Part shown: piece by piece, positions 1-11,929 of the stretch
How the letters are laid out: the number at the start of each line of letters is the position of its first letter
How positions within the stretch are numbered: position 1 is the stretch's first letter
Assembly: GCA_964016885.1 (NCBI GenBank)
Contig: OZ024751.1
Coordinates: 2,852,001-2,916,000, forward strand
Direction: 5' to 3'
Length of the DNA stretch: 64,000 nucleotides
From: Eledone cirrhosa
Taxonomy: Eukaryota
Notes under the pieces: generated by a model
What the model was told of the DNA's origin: nothing
Databases searched by the model: none
What the model saw: the letters and a program-made list of their open reading frames with translations, nothing else
Program-made: the position numbers and the translations under genes

Positions 1-1875
1 GCCGTAGAGGGCTATACTACCACCACAAATAGCTGTGGAGCACATACCCCTCCCAGATGCCATGGAATCCGATATGGAGTATGAAACGAGAGTGAAGTGG
101 CAAAAGGTCTGGAACAAAAAACAAAAACGAAAGAACCACTTAAGTTCGCCCTCCAAAAGCGAGGACAAACAAAAAAGGGTAAAGGCTGTAAGGCGACTTG
201 CAGCAACGTCACCACCATCACCACCACAAGCATCACCACCAACAACAACCACACCATCATCAGCATCACCACAGACAGCAACATCGCAAACACAACAAAG
301 CACAAACGCCCAACAGCAACAACAAGAAAACAGCAACAAAACCACCCATCCACCAAAAGGTACACAGTCATAAACATTGCACACCAAGGATTAAATATAA
401 AACAGCACACCAATATTTCAGACGTAAATTACCACACCCCACCAACAACAAGAACTTTACCAAAAAATATTGTGGAAATTGAACTTGAATATTACAAACA
501 ATTAAAACAAAAATTCCCCAACTGCGTTGGGGATTTCAGGGGGTCAGCTCCAAGAGAATCTATATAGATATCATCTTGGAGACACCCATGACTAACCGAA
601 GGGACGGTTCTACTGTCTCTTCCCCACACGATCAAGGTAAGTGATCCTTTCTCACTTACCTCGTTCCTCACCGAGCATGGCCGTACTTAGAATAGGCAGT
701 ATAAATGTACGTGGCCTGGGGTCATCTTGGAAGCAGGGTCACCTGCTCAACGACCTCAGGTCACTAAACATAGCTGTGGTGGCCTTCAGCGAGACCAGAA
801 TCTCCGAAGCACGAACTTTCGCACAAATCTTCGTTGGCTACGATGTATACGTATCTCCCAGCCGTCCAGGATGGGGGGGGGGGCGCTTTTTCGGAGAGGC
901 TTGGATCTCGCCATACGGGCCATCTTCTCGGACCCAGAAGGTAAGTCAGTGGTGCTGGACGTGACCCGCAGCGAAGGCAATGCTTTCAGGCAAGTAACCA
1001 TCTACGCGCCAACAGGGTTAGGACGGCCAGATTTCTTCAGACGTCTAGTGTTAGTGGGCGACCGGAACATTATCTTAGATGCACACTGGGATTATGTGGG
1101 GCTAGTAGACAGGGCAGGAGGGTGTAAAAGCCTCAACAACCTGCACAGACGTTTTGAACTGTCTGACAGGGATAGACTGGATTATCCAAATGTGCCAATG
1201 TGGACATGGGCAAACCGCATCGGATCATCCAGATTGTATTTAGATAGGGCATTCTGTAGGGAAACAGATAAGGCTAGTTTAGGTTGTCCAAAATTTAAAG
1301 TAGTCAACTACACGGACCACAAATTTGCGATCTGTGAAGTTGACTTAGATAGACTCCATAGGCAAGGGCCCGGCTACTGGAAGCTGAACGCGTCGTTCTC
1401 GGTACGCAAAGCTTACAGAGACCGGATTAGCGAATTAGTTAAGCGTGCCTTGGTGGTTTACCCTGAAAAGGGCTATTAGAGTCGAATCGATAATGTTTAG
1501 AAAAGGAGCAGTGATAGAGAAAATAGTGATAGAGAAAATAGTTAGAAATCTAGAAGAGGCGTTTAGGACAGGCATCGCAATCAACGTGTTTGCGGCGAGA
1601 TTGGCACTCGACCAATTCTTCAACACAAAGCATGAAGGTTGCGTTGTCAGAGCTAGAGCGCGTGCTCTAAGACACGAGGGGACGAAAGCCGTTCAATGGA
1701 CCTGGTGGTGGAGGCGCGACGTGGCAACAAATCCACAATTCGTCTTTGCCTGATCAAAACGAGCAGATGTGTGCGGCTTTTCAACAGCGCTTTGCTCAAT
1801 TGTTCGGGAGGGGCGGCGGGCTGGATCGGAGTATGGACTTCGGTGCATGCCTCGACGGACTGCCGCGGCTCTCGA
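1..1875 (+). mobile_element. Tx1/L1-clade LINE fragment (ORF1 3' part + frameshifted ORF2 APE endonuclease), truncated
   Basis: ORF2 start MAVLRIGSINVRG at 677; APE motifs SET, IYAP, GD.N, YLDR, TDH, GPGYWKLN split across frames; closely matches reverse complement of ~41550-43470. Confidence 0.85.
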
Positions 1876-2277
1876 CACACACACGCACATGCATACACCT
1901 TCACGTATTCTCCCCTACATACATACGCACACTTAGACATACATGTCCAAACCCTTTTAAAGGGAGACAGCCCTTTATCCACCTAACTTTCACTCTTTGA
2001 CATTAGAAATAGAATGGAATTTCTATACTATTTGCTGTCAGCATGACTTGGCAAGCTAATTAGAACAGTGGATTAACCCCTTTACTTCCCTCTGTAGAAG
2101 AGATATTATCTCGAAAATTAAGGATATTCAAATAAATTTAAGGTAAAAGACTGATTGTCAGCAATATCTTTTGCATTTGTATTTATATTCTATATCCATA
2201 CCTGCATTGTTCTGGCCTTCTAACTTCAAACGTTTATACCTCACTACACAATGCTTCAAGTAAACTACAATTTCCTT

Positions 2278-2317
<40 letters not shown>

Positions 2318-2319
<2 letters not shown>

Positions 2320-3402
2320 AATTTGATTCTGTGGACCGTTACTGCCTGATGAAAATCTTACAGGCTTATGGAATCCCCAAGAGGATAGTGGACCTGATAT
2401 CACTGCTCTACACCAACACCAAAGCCCAAGTCATTACACCTGATGGGATGACAGAGTTCTTTGAGATACTGGCTGGAGTGCTCCAGGGAGATACATTGGC
2501 TCCCTACCTTTTTATCATCGTAGTGGACTATTGTATGCGCCTTGCACTGGAGAAATACCAGGACACTGGCTTTACTGTAGCACCGGCTCAGAGCAGGAGA
2601 GTTGGGGCGAAAAAGGTATCGGATGCTGAATTTGCCGACGACATAGTTTTGGTGACAAATACAGTGAAGGAGGCAGAGGATTTGATGCGGGAGGTTGAGA
2701 CTGTGTCGAAGAGTGTGGGGCTGAGAATGAATGAGACTAAAACAAAATATCTGGTGGAGAATGTTGAGAAGCCAGAGGGGATCACTAATGTAGGCGGGAA
2801 GCCGCTGGAATTGGTTGAGGACTTCCTGTATTTGGGAGCAAAGATTGGGAATACGGAAGATGATGTGGTTGGGAGGAAGAGCAAGGCCTGGGCGGCGTGT
2901 CACAGCTTGAGATCGGTGTGGAAGTCGGACCTTCGTAGAGACCTGAAAATCCGCCTCTTCATTGCTGTAGTGGAGTCTGTGCTGCTGTATGGGTCTGAGA
3001 CTTGGACACTGACCAAGAGACTCACTCAGATGGTGGATGGGTGCTACACGAGAATGCTGAGGATGGCTCTGAACATTAATCAGTATACACTGAGGATGAA
3101 AAACTCAGAGCTGTATGGGAGCATCCCAAAAGTCAGCTCAAAAGTGACACAGAGGAGACTGAGGTTGGCTGGACATGCTCACCGACATCCAGAGTTGACA
3201 TTGCACTCAGTGCTCCTTTGGGAGCCCCTACATGGACACACTAGAAGAGGAAGACCAAGGTTAACATATGTTGATGCCCTAAGGACAGACACTGGTCTGT
3301 TGGAGATGCAGGATATGGCAGCGATAATGAGGGACAGAGACCGCTGGAGAGAACTCGTCCATGGATCTCGGGAATTTTACCCGCCTTAGATAGATAGATA
3401 GA
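2318..3402 (+). mobile_element. 5'-truncated RTE-clade LINE (RT C-terminal half, ORF 2331-3389)
   Basis: GVLQGDTLAPYLF, FADD, F.YLG, LLYGSETWTL, LAGH..R, GRPRLTY motifs; begins right after (TA)n and ends in a (TAGA)n tail. Confidence 0.9.
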
Positions 3403-3513
3403 TATATACAAATGCAACATTAAACATGATTGAATTAAATCCCACTCTCAAGCGTGAACCTAATATTAACACTTTGTCCTGCCTCTTCGCTTCGTTTTTT
3501 GTTTTTTGTTTTA

Positions 3514-3573
<60 letters not shown>

Positions 3574-3581
<8 letters not shown>

Positions 3582-4109
3582 GTAAATTAAATTAAATAAA
3601 TAAAATAAGATAAATAAATACATACACAAGCACATAAACACACACTAGTCACCCAGCAGACACAACACTATACACACTAGTCACACATCACACATAACAC
3701 TATACACACACGCAAACGCATGCGCAAAGAAGACAAAATAAAATAAGATAAACAAACAAGCAAATAAATAAATAAATATATAGACAGACTGAACAAAAAA
3801 AAAATGGCGTAGACATACAACACAACAGGAGGAACAATGAATATAACACCACTGACGATGTTGCAGATGTGCAACGAAAGATTTATGTAAATTATGTAAA
3901 CTATATATATATGTGTTTGTCTATATTGTATCTGTATTATTTTTGACCGCCGGTCAGTCAATGGCAACATTGAGGACCGAGTAAGTTAGATCGCAGATAT
4001 ATATATATAAAAGACAGCGAGAAGCGAAAACCAACCAAACAGTGAGTGTGTTCTGTTATTAATTCTGGCAATATTACGCAAATATGACCCTCCCCAAATA
4101 TAACAATAT
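3574..4109 (+). repeat. 5' pseudo-LTR of PLE
   Basis: Direct repeat of 7741-8276; contains HHR core, a GAGTAAGT splice-donor-like site and the ORF ATG. Confidence 0.9.
3841..3897 (+). ncRNA. Type I hammerhead ribozyme (minimal) in 5' pLTR
   Basis: CTGACGA(3852-58)-T-GTTGCA/GATG/TGCAAC stem II-GAAA(3876-79)-GATT-TA; interrupted stem I ATATAA..CA / TG..TTATGT. Confidence 0.7.
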
Positions 4110-7100
4110 CTGTTTCGACACACGATTTCATATAAAAAACCTCGCAAAACTAATTCATCGCCGCTATGGCATTAGCTTGTGCCAAGCTGAAAGGTTATTG
4201 AAAGACACTGTTTTCTGTTATATAAAAACTACAATAACAACAGAACAAATCCGCTTCTTAAAACACTGTGTTTCCTCCAAAACATACACAACAAACATAT
4301 CAAAACAAGTAAATAATTTATTATTGAACAAAACACAAGCTGAACGGCTAAAACACACAATAACAGTTAATATGAAAAGAACAACATACACAAAAGTCAA
4401 CGCACTCTACAGACAAAAACGCATCAACGGTAAGGAAATCCGAAATCTCATCACAGCAAACGAGAGAGATGACTTCATGAGCGTCATCCGACGCGAAACG
4501 AAATATGCTCAAAACGAATGCTGTAGGCATTTCAAGAAGAAATTAGAATGGATGAATAAGAAAAAACTACAAGAAAGGAAAATCGAATATTCTCAAAAAT
4601 ACCCAGATAACATCGACAACATCCGTATGAGTGATGTAAAACTACCGGAAGAATTTACCAATGACCACACAGTAAATATCTATGGGAACACTTTAATCAG
4701 TGAACAAGAACAACAAATCCTAAAGTTACCACCAAAATTTGCCATCTACAAAAAGATTAACCCTATGGAATGCAAAACGGAGCTGGAAAAGTGTTTCACA
4801 AAAATACGTTGGAATGCAAAGGTAAACAACAACAACAATAATAACGGTAGTAGTAATATAAACAATAACTCTGGGTATAGAAATAACAGCCATAACCATA
4901 ACAATGGCAGGAAAGTGAGAAATAGTGATAATAGTAATAATACTAGCGATAGACAGAACAACAACAACCACAATAATAATAATAATAGAAACGTTAACCA
5001 CAGACACAGCAACAGTGACCACAGTAGTAATAACGGTAACAATACGAACAACAACAACAACAATAACCACAGTGGTAATAATGGAAATAGTACATGTAGC
5101 AACATCAACAAAAACAAGAAACATAATAATAGTAACAACCACAATGGTAGAAATAGCAGTAACAACAACAACAATAACGGTGAAGTAAACAACAATACAT
5201 CTAGCAATCATAACAATAATAATATTAATGCTAATGATAGAAACAACAACAACCACCATGATAACAATAATAGCAACACACACAACTATGACGATAGAAA
5301 TAACGACAACCCCTTAGAGAAACTATTTTTCAACCCAGCTGACAAAACATATAAGATGGGTAATATCTATCCTACGAGGTTACCCTTTAATAAAAGAGTT
5401 TGCATACCACAGCAAATAGATGACGAGACGGAGGCACAGTTCACCATAGCTAGAAATAAGATTAGACAAGTAGTAGACAGGTACACTATGAGACAGAGCA
5501 GACCAGAGGCCCAACAACTTGGGATAAAACCTGTAGAAGGCTTGGTTAGCCTCAAGCAGCGCACAAGGGAGGGTGAGGTAGTGTGTCTACCCACAGATAA
5601 GTCTGGTAGGATGTCAATAGATAGCATGCCGAACTACATCGAGGCAATGCAACCCCACATCACCAACACGAGCGAAGTTGCACAACTAACACACGATGGG
5701 AGAGAAAAAATCCTCAACGCTCACATGATGATGTGGACTGACATCCTAAAGCCAAGCAGACGCACTGCCAACAACTTCCAGGCGTCTAACAATGGCATAC
5801 CACCCTTGTATGGGCTCCGCAAAGACCACAAGACAGTCGACGACCCGACAACAGGACCACCAACAAGACCCGTATGCGGAGCTAATATAGCTAGCAACTA
5901 CAGGATCTCCTACTTCCTCTCAATGGTTATACGCCCCATAATCAAGATGTCCCCAGATGTATGTGAAAGTACAGAGGACCTCCTCAGCAGAATCAGTGAG
6001 TGCAACAGAAAAAAAAAACAAAAAAAAAAAAACAGGAGCCTATCCAACTGCATAATAGGCAGCATGGATGTGGTGTCACTGTACCCATCCATTAACATTG
6101 ATTTTGCTGTGAAAAGATGTGTGGAGATGATCATTGAGAGTGAGGTGGAGTTCTGCGACGTCGACACAGACGAACTGGGCCTTCTACTTAGACTTACCTA
6201 CGACACTGACTACCTAGACAGCCATGACCTTAGATGTTTCTGCCCTAGTAGACCTATAAGAGGTAGACCCCCCACCATAACCTCAATGGCTAAAAAGACT
6301 CCCATAGGAAGGTGGATTGGGTGGACCAAAGCTATACGGACCCCCCAAAACACTGATCAGGTAAGAAAAATGGTCGCACATGCAATAGGGGCTAGTATCA
6401 AAACTACCCTAAAGGGCCACATATTTAAGTTCAATGAGAAAATCTACACCCAAAATGAGGGAGCAGCCATCGGCGTCAGCATAGCTGGTGATGTTGCCAA
6501 CCTTTTCATGGTATGGTGGGAAAGGAGACTTAAAGATCTCCTCCTTAATGAAAGCTCCATAGACCTCATCATGTACTCTCGTTATGTAGACGATATCAAT
6601 ATAGTTATAAGAACACCCCCACTAGAGAGCACTAACAAGTTTGATTTAGAACGTAGCACGGTGGAAAGCATCCAGCAGATAGCTAATTCCATACACCAGA
6701 GTATAACTGTAACTATAGACTTCCCTTCCAAACACCCTAACAATAGACTACCTGTATTAGACACAGAACTCTGGATTAACACTATAGACGAGAGAGCCCA
6801 AATTCTCCACTCACACTATGCTAAACCCATGGCCTCCAAATACCTGATACTCAAAAACTCAGCAATGTCCAGTAGTGCTAAGTTTAATATTCTGATCGCA
6901 GATTTGGTACGAGTGATGAAGAATGTGTCCAGCATGTGCGACCCAACAGAAATGGAAGGACACATCCAACACTTCATCAACCGCATGCGGTTCTCTGGCT
7001 ACAACCAAAGAGACAGAGTCAGAGTATACGAAGGAGCCATGGAAAAGTATAAGACCCTCATAGAACTGGACATGAAAGGAATTTGCCCACTATACAGGAG

Positions 7101-7740
7101 CAAATCATGGAATAGCTTAGATAGGGCTAGACATAAGATAGGGAAGGCCACATCATGGTACGACAACCAGAGATATCAGAGTGTCATGTTTGTGGACGCC
7201 ACCCCTGGAGGGAAATTAGCTAACCAGTGTAGAAAGGCCCTGAGAAAGACCCACTTAAAAATAAAGGTTGTAGAAAAGCCAGGAACCACCATAAAATCCC
7301 TGATCAGCAAAACCTACCCTTTTAAGAAAACCCACTATACCAATAGGAAATGTATCATATGTAAGGTGAACCCCCGGATAAACTGTAAAACTAGAAACGT
7401 AGTCTATAGCATAAGATGTACAGAGGGTACTTGCAGAAACACGACAACAACATACATAGGTGAGACAGCTCGTAGCATAGGTGAAAGGATAGACCAACAC
7501 TGGGGGGAACTAAAAGGACGAAAAAACGGGTCAGTACTATACGAACATGCTAGACAACAACATGACGGTAACATAGACAACATAGAAATTAGAATAATAT
7601 CTAAACATAGGAATGACCCAGCAGATAGGCAAATCAGAGAGGCCAGTGAAATAGAAATTAGAAGACCAAAGCTAAACAGAAAGAATGAGTGGAACAACAA
7701 CAACACCCAAACAAACAACACTGACCTAAGAGAAGTATAA
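4084..7740 (+). CDS. PLE polyprotein: reverse transcriptase + Cys-rich linker + C-terminal GIY-YIG endonuclease, with Asn-rich insertion
   Basis: Uninterrupted 1218 aa; TDKSG, YGLRKDHK, RPVC, SMDVVSLYPSI, GAAIG, RYVDD, PVLD; CIIC...CKTRNVVYSIRC...YIGETARSIGERIDQH. Confidence 0.93.
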   Translation: MTLPKYNNICFDTRFHIKNLAKLIHRRYGISLCQAERLLKDTVFCYIKTTITTEQIRFLKHCVSSKTYTTNISKQVNNLLLNKTQAERLKHTITVNMKRTTYTKVNALYRQKRINGKEIRNLITANERDDFMSVIRRETKYAQNECCRHFKKKLEWMNKKKLQERKIEYSQKYPDNIDNIRMSDVKLPEEFTNDHTVNIYGNTLISEQEQQILKLPPKFAIYKKINPMECKTELEKCFTKIRWNAKVNNNNNNNGSSNINNNSGYRNNSHNHNNGRKVRNSDNSNNTSDRQNNNNHNNNNNRNVNHRHSNSDHSSNNGNNTNNNNNNNHSGNNGNSTCSNINKNKKHNNSNNHNGRNSSNNNNNNGEVNNNTSSNHNNNNINANDRNNNNHHDNNNSNTHNYDDRNNDNPLEKLFFNPADKTYKMGNIYPTRLPFNKRVCIPQQIDDETEAQFTIARNKIRQVVDRYTMRQSRPEAQQLGIKPVEGLVSLKQRTREGEVVCLPTDKSGRMSIDSMPNYIEAMQPHITNTSEVAQLTHDGREKILNAHMMMWTDILKPSRRTANNFQASNNGIPPLYGLRKDHKTVDDPTTGPPTRPVCGANIASNYRISYFLSMVIRPIIKMSPDVCESTEDLLSRISECNRKKKQKKKNRSLSNCIIGSMDVVSLYPSINIDFAVKRCVEMIIESEVEFCDVDTDELGLLLRLTYDTDYLDSHDLRCFCPSRPIRGRPPTITSMAKKTPIGRWIGWTKAIRTPQNTDQVRKMVAHAIGASIKTTLKGHIFKFNEKIYTQNEGAAIGVSIAGDVANLFMVWWERRLKDLLLNESSIDLIMYSRYVDDINIVIRTPPLESTNKFDLERSTVESIQQIANSIHQSITVTIDFPSKHPNNRLPVLDTELWINTIDERAQILHSHYAKPMASKYLILKNSAMSSSAKFNILIADLVRVMKNVSSMCDPTEMEGHIQHFINRMRFSGYNQRDRVRVYEGAMEKYKTLIELDMKGICPLYRSKSWNSLDRARHKIGKATSWYDNQRYQSVMFVDATPGGKLANQCRKALRKTHLKIKVVEKPGTTIKSLISKTYPFKKTHYTNRKCIICKVNPRINCKTRNVVYSIRCTEGTCRNTTTTYIGETARSIGERIDQHWGELKGRKNGSVLYEHARQQHDGNIDNIEIRIISKHRNDPADRQIREASEIEIRRPKLNRKNEWNNNNTQTNNTDLREV

Positions 7741-8268
7741 ATAAATAAGTAAATTAAATAAAATAAATAAAATAAGATAAATAAATACATACACAATCAC
7801 ATAAACACACACTAGTCACCCAGCAGACACAACACTATACACACTAGTCACACATCACACATAACACTATACACACACGCAAACGCATGCGCAAAGAAGA
7901 CAAAATAAAATAAGATAAACAAACAAGCAAATAAATAAATAAATATATAGACAGACTGAACAAAAAAAAAATGGCGTAGACATACAACACAACAGGAGGA
8001 ACAATGAATATAACACCACTGACGATGTTGCAGATGTGCAACGAAAGATTTATGTAAATTATGTAAACTATATATATATGTGTTTGTCTATATTGTATCT
8101 GTATTATTTTTGACCGCCGGTCAGTCAATGGCAACATTGAGGACCGAGTAAGTTAGATCGCAGATATATATATATAAAAGACAGCGAGAAGCGAAAACCA
8201 ACCAAACAGTGAGTGTGTTCTGTTATTAATTCTGGCAATATTACGCAAATATGACCCTCCCCAAATAT

Positions 8269-8276
<8 letters not shown>
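7741..8276 (+). repeat. 3' pseudo-LTR of PLE
   Basis: Direct repeat of 3574-4109, starting immediately after the ORF stop. Confidence 0.9.
8008..8064 (+). ncRNA. Type I hammerhead ribozyme in 3' pLTR
   Basis: Same sequence as 3841-3897. Confidence 0.7.
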
Positions 8277-8321
<45 letters not shown>

Positions 8322-8322
<1 letters not shown>

Positions 8323-10944
8323 TAGATGAATTACCCGGCGTTGCCCGGGTTACTTCTGTTCTTATTCAGATTACTAAACAATAAATATGAAGATATGTTT
8401 TTTTTTGTGATAATTATTTCAAAATATCTATATTTTATTTTTTTAAATATCAAAATTGTAATGATAATAGAATTTAGAAATGAAAATCTGTCAATTTTGA
8501 AGCACCTTAGGGTAAACAATATTCATTGTATAGTTTTTTGTTGCTGTCCAAATGAATATATTTTTGCTACACACATACACTCTCCCATTCATATACTAAG
8601 ACACACACACATATACATACATTCACGCAGACACACACATAGCTTTTCACCTCATTTTTGGTCAGTTGCTACATATGTGTATATGTGTGAGTGTATTTAA
8701 TCACCAACCAAAGGTGTGTCGTTTTCTATTGTTTTAATGCAAATGAAAATAAAAATTATCACACATACACTCATACACACATACACTCACACGCACATAC
8801 ACTCACACATACACTCACTCACACATACATATACTAAGACAGACACACACAGACATACATTCACGCAAACCTATTACTTGTCAGTCACCACATATGTATA
8901 TGTATGTGTGTGTTTAATTGTCTGTGTGTGAAGATAATGTGTATGCAACTTACTAACGCTATATTATAACACATCGTTGTAAACAATGTTCTTTGTTTTT
9001 CCGCGTCGTGCAAATGCGAAAAGGCTTCCTCTGCTTCCCACTCGGGAACACCCAACGTACAATTGTCCGTGTGAGAAATATGACTCTTCCAAGAGTCCGG
9101 CCACAGACAGGATCTGATCTTGGGATTTATTCATGGACATTGCAAAGTTGACACGAACTGGAAATTGCAGACGTCTTAATGAAAAGGGAATTTCTGCTCC
9201 TAATGGAATGAGAGAGATTCTTGGAATGAAGACGTCATCAACTTTTCCACATCCAGAAAGGATTGTTGTGACATCATTTTCTTTACCACCAGTCGTATCC
9301 CATTGCACAGTCTTTGCGGATCTAGATTCCTAAGCAGCATTACAGGAGTTCCATTTTTAAGTCCTAATATGTGGGGAGGTAGTCCGTGGTGCTCCAATGG
9401 ATTGAGAATTTCTGTAGGATAGTTCACCACTTCATTGTGATCGGGAATTGGGTCGACAGACTTGTAAGTGTGAAGATTTCCTGGAAGAGACAGCATTAAC
9501 TGTTCGTTGAGTTTATTAACAGCCATGTTTTTTGGAGCCATTATTGCTCTTTCGCACAGCCAATTGTGATTTTGGTAATTTTCTGTCAAGTTCGGAAACA
9601 CTTGGCCTTTCAGCTCCTCCACAGAATTAACAATGGTACGAAATGGCCAGACGTCCATTTCTCTGGCAGCATCGAGAGGTATCTTGCCATCGCCAAGCAT
9701 CAAAATATCCTGTGCAAACCTGGTGGACATGTGGTCACCGTGTAGTTGAGCTCTCATGCTAGTGGTAAGATTCAGGGTCGTAATGTGTCGCCACAATGGA
9801 GAGGATTTAAGGCACGCCTGGACTTCATCTGCCCTGGTGCCTTTGGGAATAACGGGAAGAGTCTGTCTGGATTCACCAGACAACAGAAGCGTTACACCTC
9901 CCATTGGAGCATGAAAATCTCTGATATCTTTAATGGTTCTATATACTGCTTCCAGAGCTCCTTTGTGGGCCATGATGCTGTTTGAGGACCTGACCCTGGT
10001 CTGAGCTTTTACTGATGTTGCAGGTAGGCGTTTCAGATGTTGATAAATTCAGGGGTAGTTTAAATGTCGAGTGCGCTGTCCTGCCACCGGGCAGCAAAGT
10101 AGCAGCAATCCCAGAGGAGGCAACAGCTACCACGATATCCCTATGCTGCCTAACTTTTGCAAGGAGGAACTTCATTACAAAAGTTTTTCCTGTCCCTCCA
10201 GGTGCATCCAGGAAGAAGATACCTCTTTTTTGGTGGCACACATGGTCGACAATAGTGCTGTAAGCCTGTTGTTGGTCCGGAAGCAGTTGTGGTTCAGTGT
10301 CGATAACATATTGGGAAAGGGCAACAATGTCGTAGGATGTTTCTCGTAGGATGGCTGTGGGAAGTACGTTTGACTCTGTTCGGAATGTTTGGGCAGGCCA
10401 TATGTGGGCAAATCATTTCCACCGAGTGAAACAATCCTGTCTTCTTTGTCAACCAGTGCTCTGTTGTAGACCTCATCCCTGGTACCTCCCATGTCAAGGT
10501 ACTGCAGTTGTGCCAGACGTTTAAAATCCTCATTTCAGTACTTGAACCACAAATACGAAGGATTATACAATTCACGTTTGCAACAATAATTTCAAATAGT
10601 ATCAATTTTACTTTGTTCTGTAAAATGAAAGACTGTAAAACGACTTATTGTTAAACCTTCAACTAATATACTCTGATCTATAGTTTAAGCCGGTGTGGGA
10701 CGTCACTCTCTCTCTCTCTTTGACTATCTAACACTTTAATTGTATCTCTCTCTGTATAACGGCCTATCTCTCTCTTTTTGGTTCTCCCTCTGTGTGTCTC
10801 AAATGATTTTTTGTGTCGGTTTTTCTCTTATAGAGGGCGCAGTAGACAGAAATCTGAAAATGTAATGATTTCGTACGAAGGGCAGCAGCATAACGCATGT
10901 GTTTGCCAAATTTGAAGAAAATTCAAGCTGTAGAAGTTACGCGG

Positions 10945-11014
<70 letters not shown>

Positions 11015-11049
11015 CACACATAGTCTATTTTATATATAAATATGAAAGA
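8322..11049 (-). mobile_element. Non-autonomous/decayed Helitron with Pif1-family helicase remnants
   Basis: Minus-strand 3' end CCCGGGCAACGCCGGG hairpin followed by CTAG (8322-8349); helicase motifs APGGTGKT, SSGIAATLL, GRTAHSTFK, LLRNL....LCNG, QFPVR..FAMS.NKSQ, FSHGQLYV.CSRV over 8964-10492; 5' end approximate. Confidence 0.88.
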
Positions 11050-11929
11050 GAGGGAGTGAAGGGGAGAGCCAGTGTGTATTGGAATTTGTCAGATGTAGAA
11101 ATACACAATAAAGAGAGACATAATGAGACACAATAAAGAGAGGCATAATGAGACACAATAAAGAGAGACATAAAGAGAGACATAATGAATAATTGAGATG
11201 GAAGTATTTTATTCAGGTATGTTCTGGTTTATTCCGGTTTATGCCTGTCCATCCTGTTCTCTGAAGCTCTTGATCAAATCATTCTCGGTCGGCAGCAGGT
11301 AAATGCTCCACAAATATCCTTTAGAAGCCAATCCTTCTTCTCTGTTGGTCGACAAATATGGCGGCACCAACCGTCAGTACCGCACACGTGACTATCAGAC
11401 GCTGTCGCTATTTAAGGAACAATAACGATGACCCACAGACTGTGTATAGCAGCACTGTCATGTCTTCTGCTGTAAATTGTTTAGATACATGACTTTCTCA
11501 CCTGTAGTTAGTTTTGTGTTAGATTTTTTTAATACGAGTAGAGTTCCTGTATAGGTGTATATATATATAAATATATGCGTGTGTGTGTATCCATATGTGC
11601 GTGTGCACGTATATGCGTATGTATAGGTGTGCGTATGTATTTACTTACGTGGCTGAATGTGTTAGTATAAGTGTCTAAATGAAAGAGCTTGCGCGATGGA
11701 TTAATGTGCGCATGCGTTTATTTTCAAGTTCAGAACAAATGTGTGAGACTCTCGTGTGAATTAGATCACGTGTCACAACTGTCTAATCTAAAAAAAAAAG
11801 AAAGAGGAAAAGAAAGAGAAAGGAAAAATCACGTAAGTCGTTATCACACACATCAAGGACCACATACAACAAAAGGCAGGCGAAAGGGGTGGACAAACAA
11901 GACGCTACCAGAGCAAAAGATAACAATAT

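Larger units (their letters stand above)
3574..8276 (+). mobile_element. Full-length Penelope-like element (PLE) with direct pseudo-LTRs, inserted in (TA)n
   Basis: Near-identical 536-bp direct repeats at 3574-4109 and 7741-8276 (offset 4167); single long RT+GIY-YIG ORF; (TA)n on both sides. Confidence 0.93.

Noticed and set aside
11200-11450. GC-richer segment with ATGGCGG, CACGTG and TATA-like motifs (promoter or solo LTR?)
   Set aside because: No TSD, partner repeat or linked gene; motifs too short to support a call
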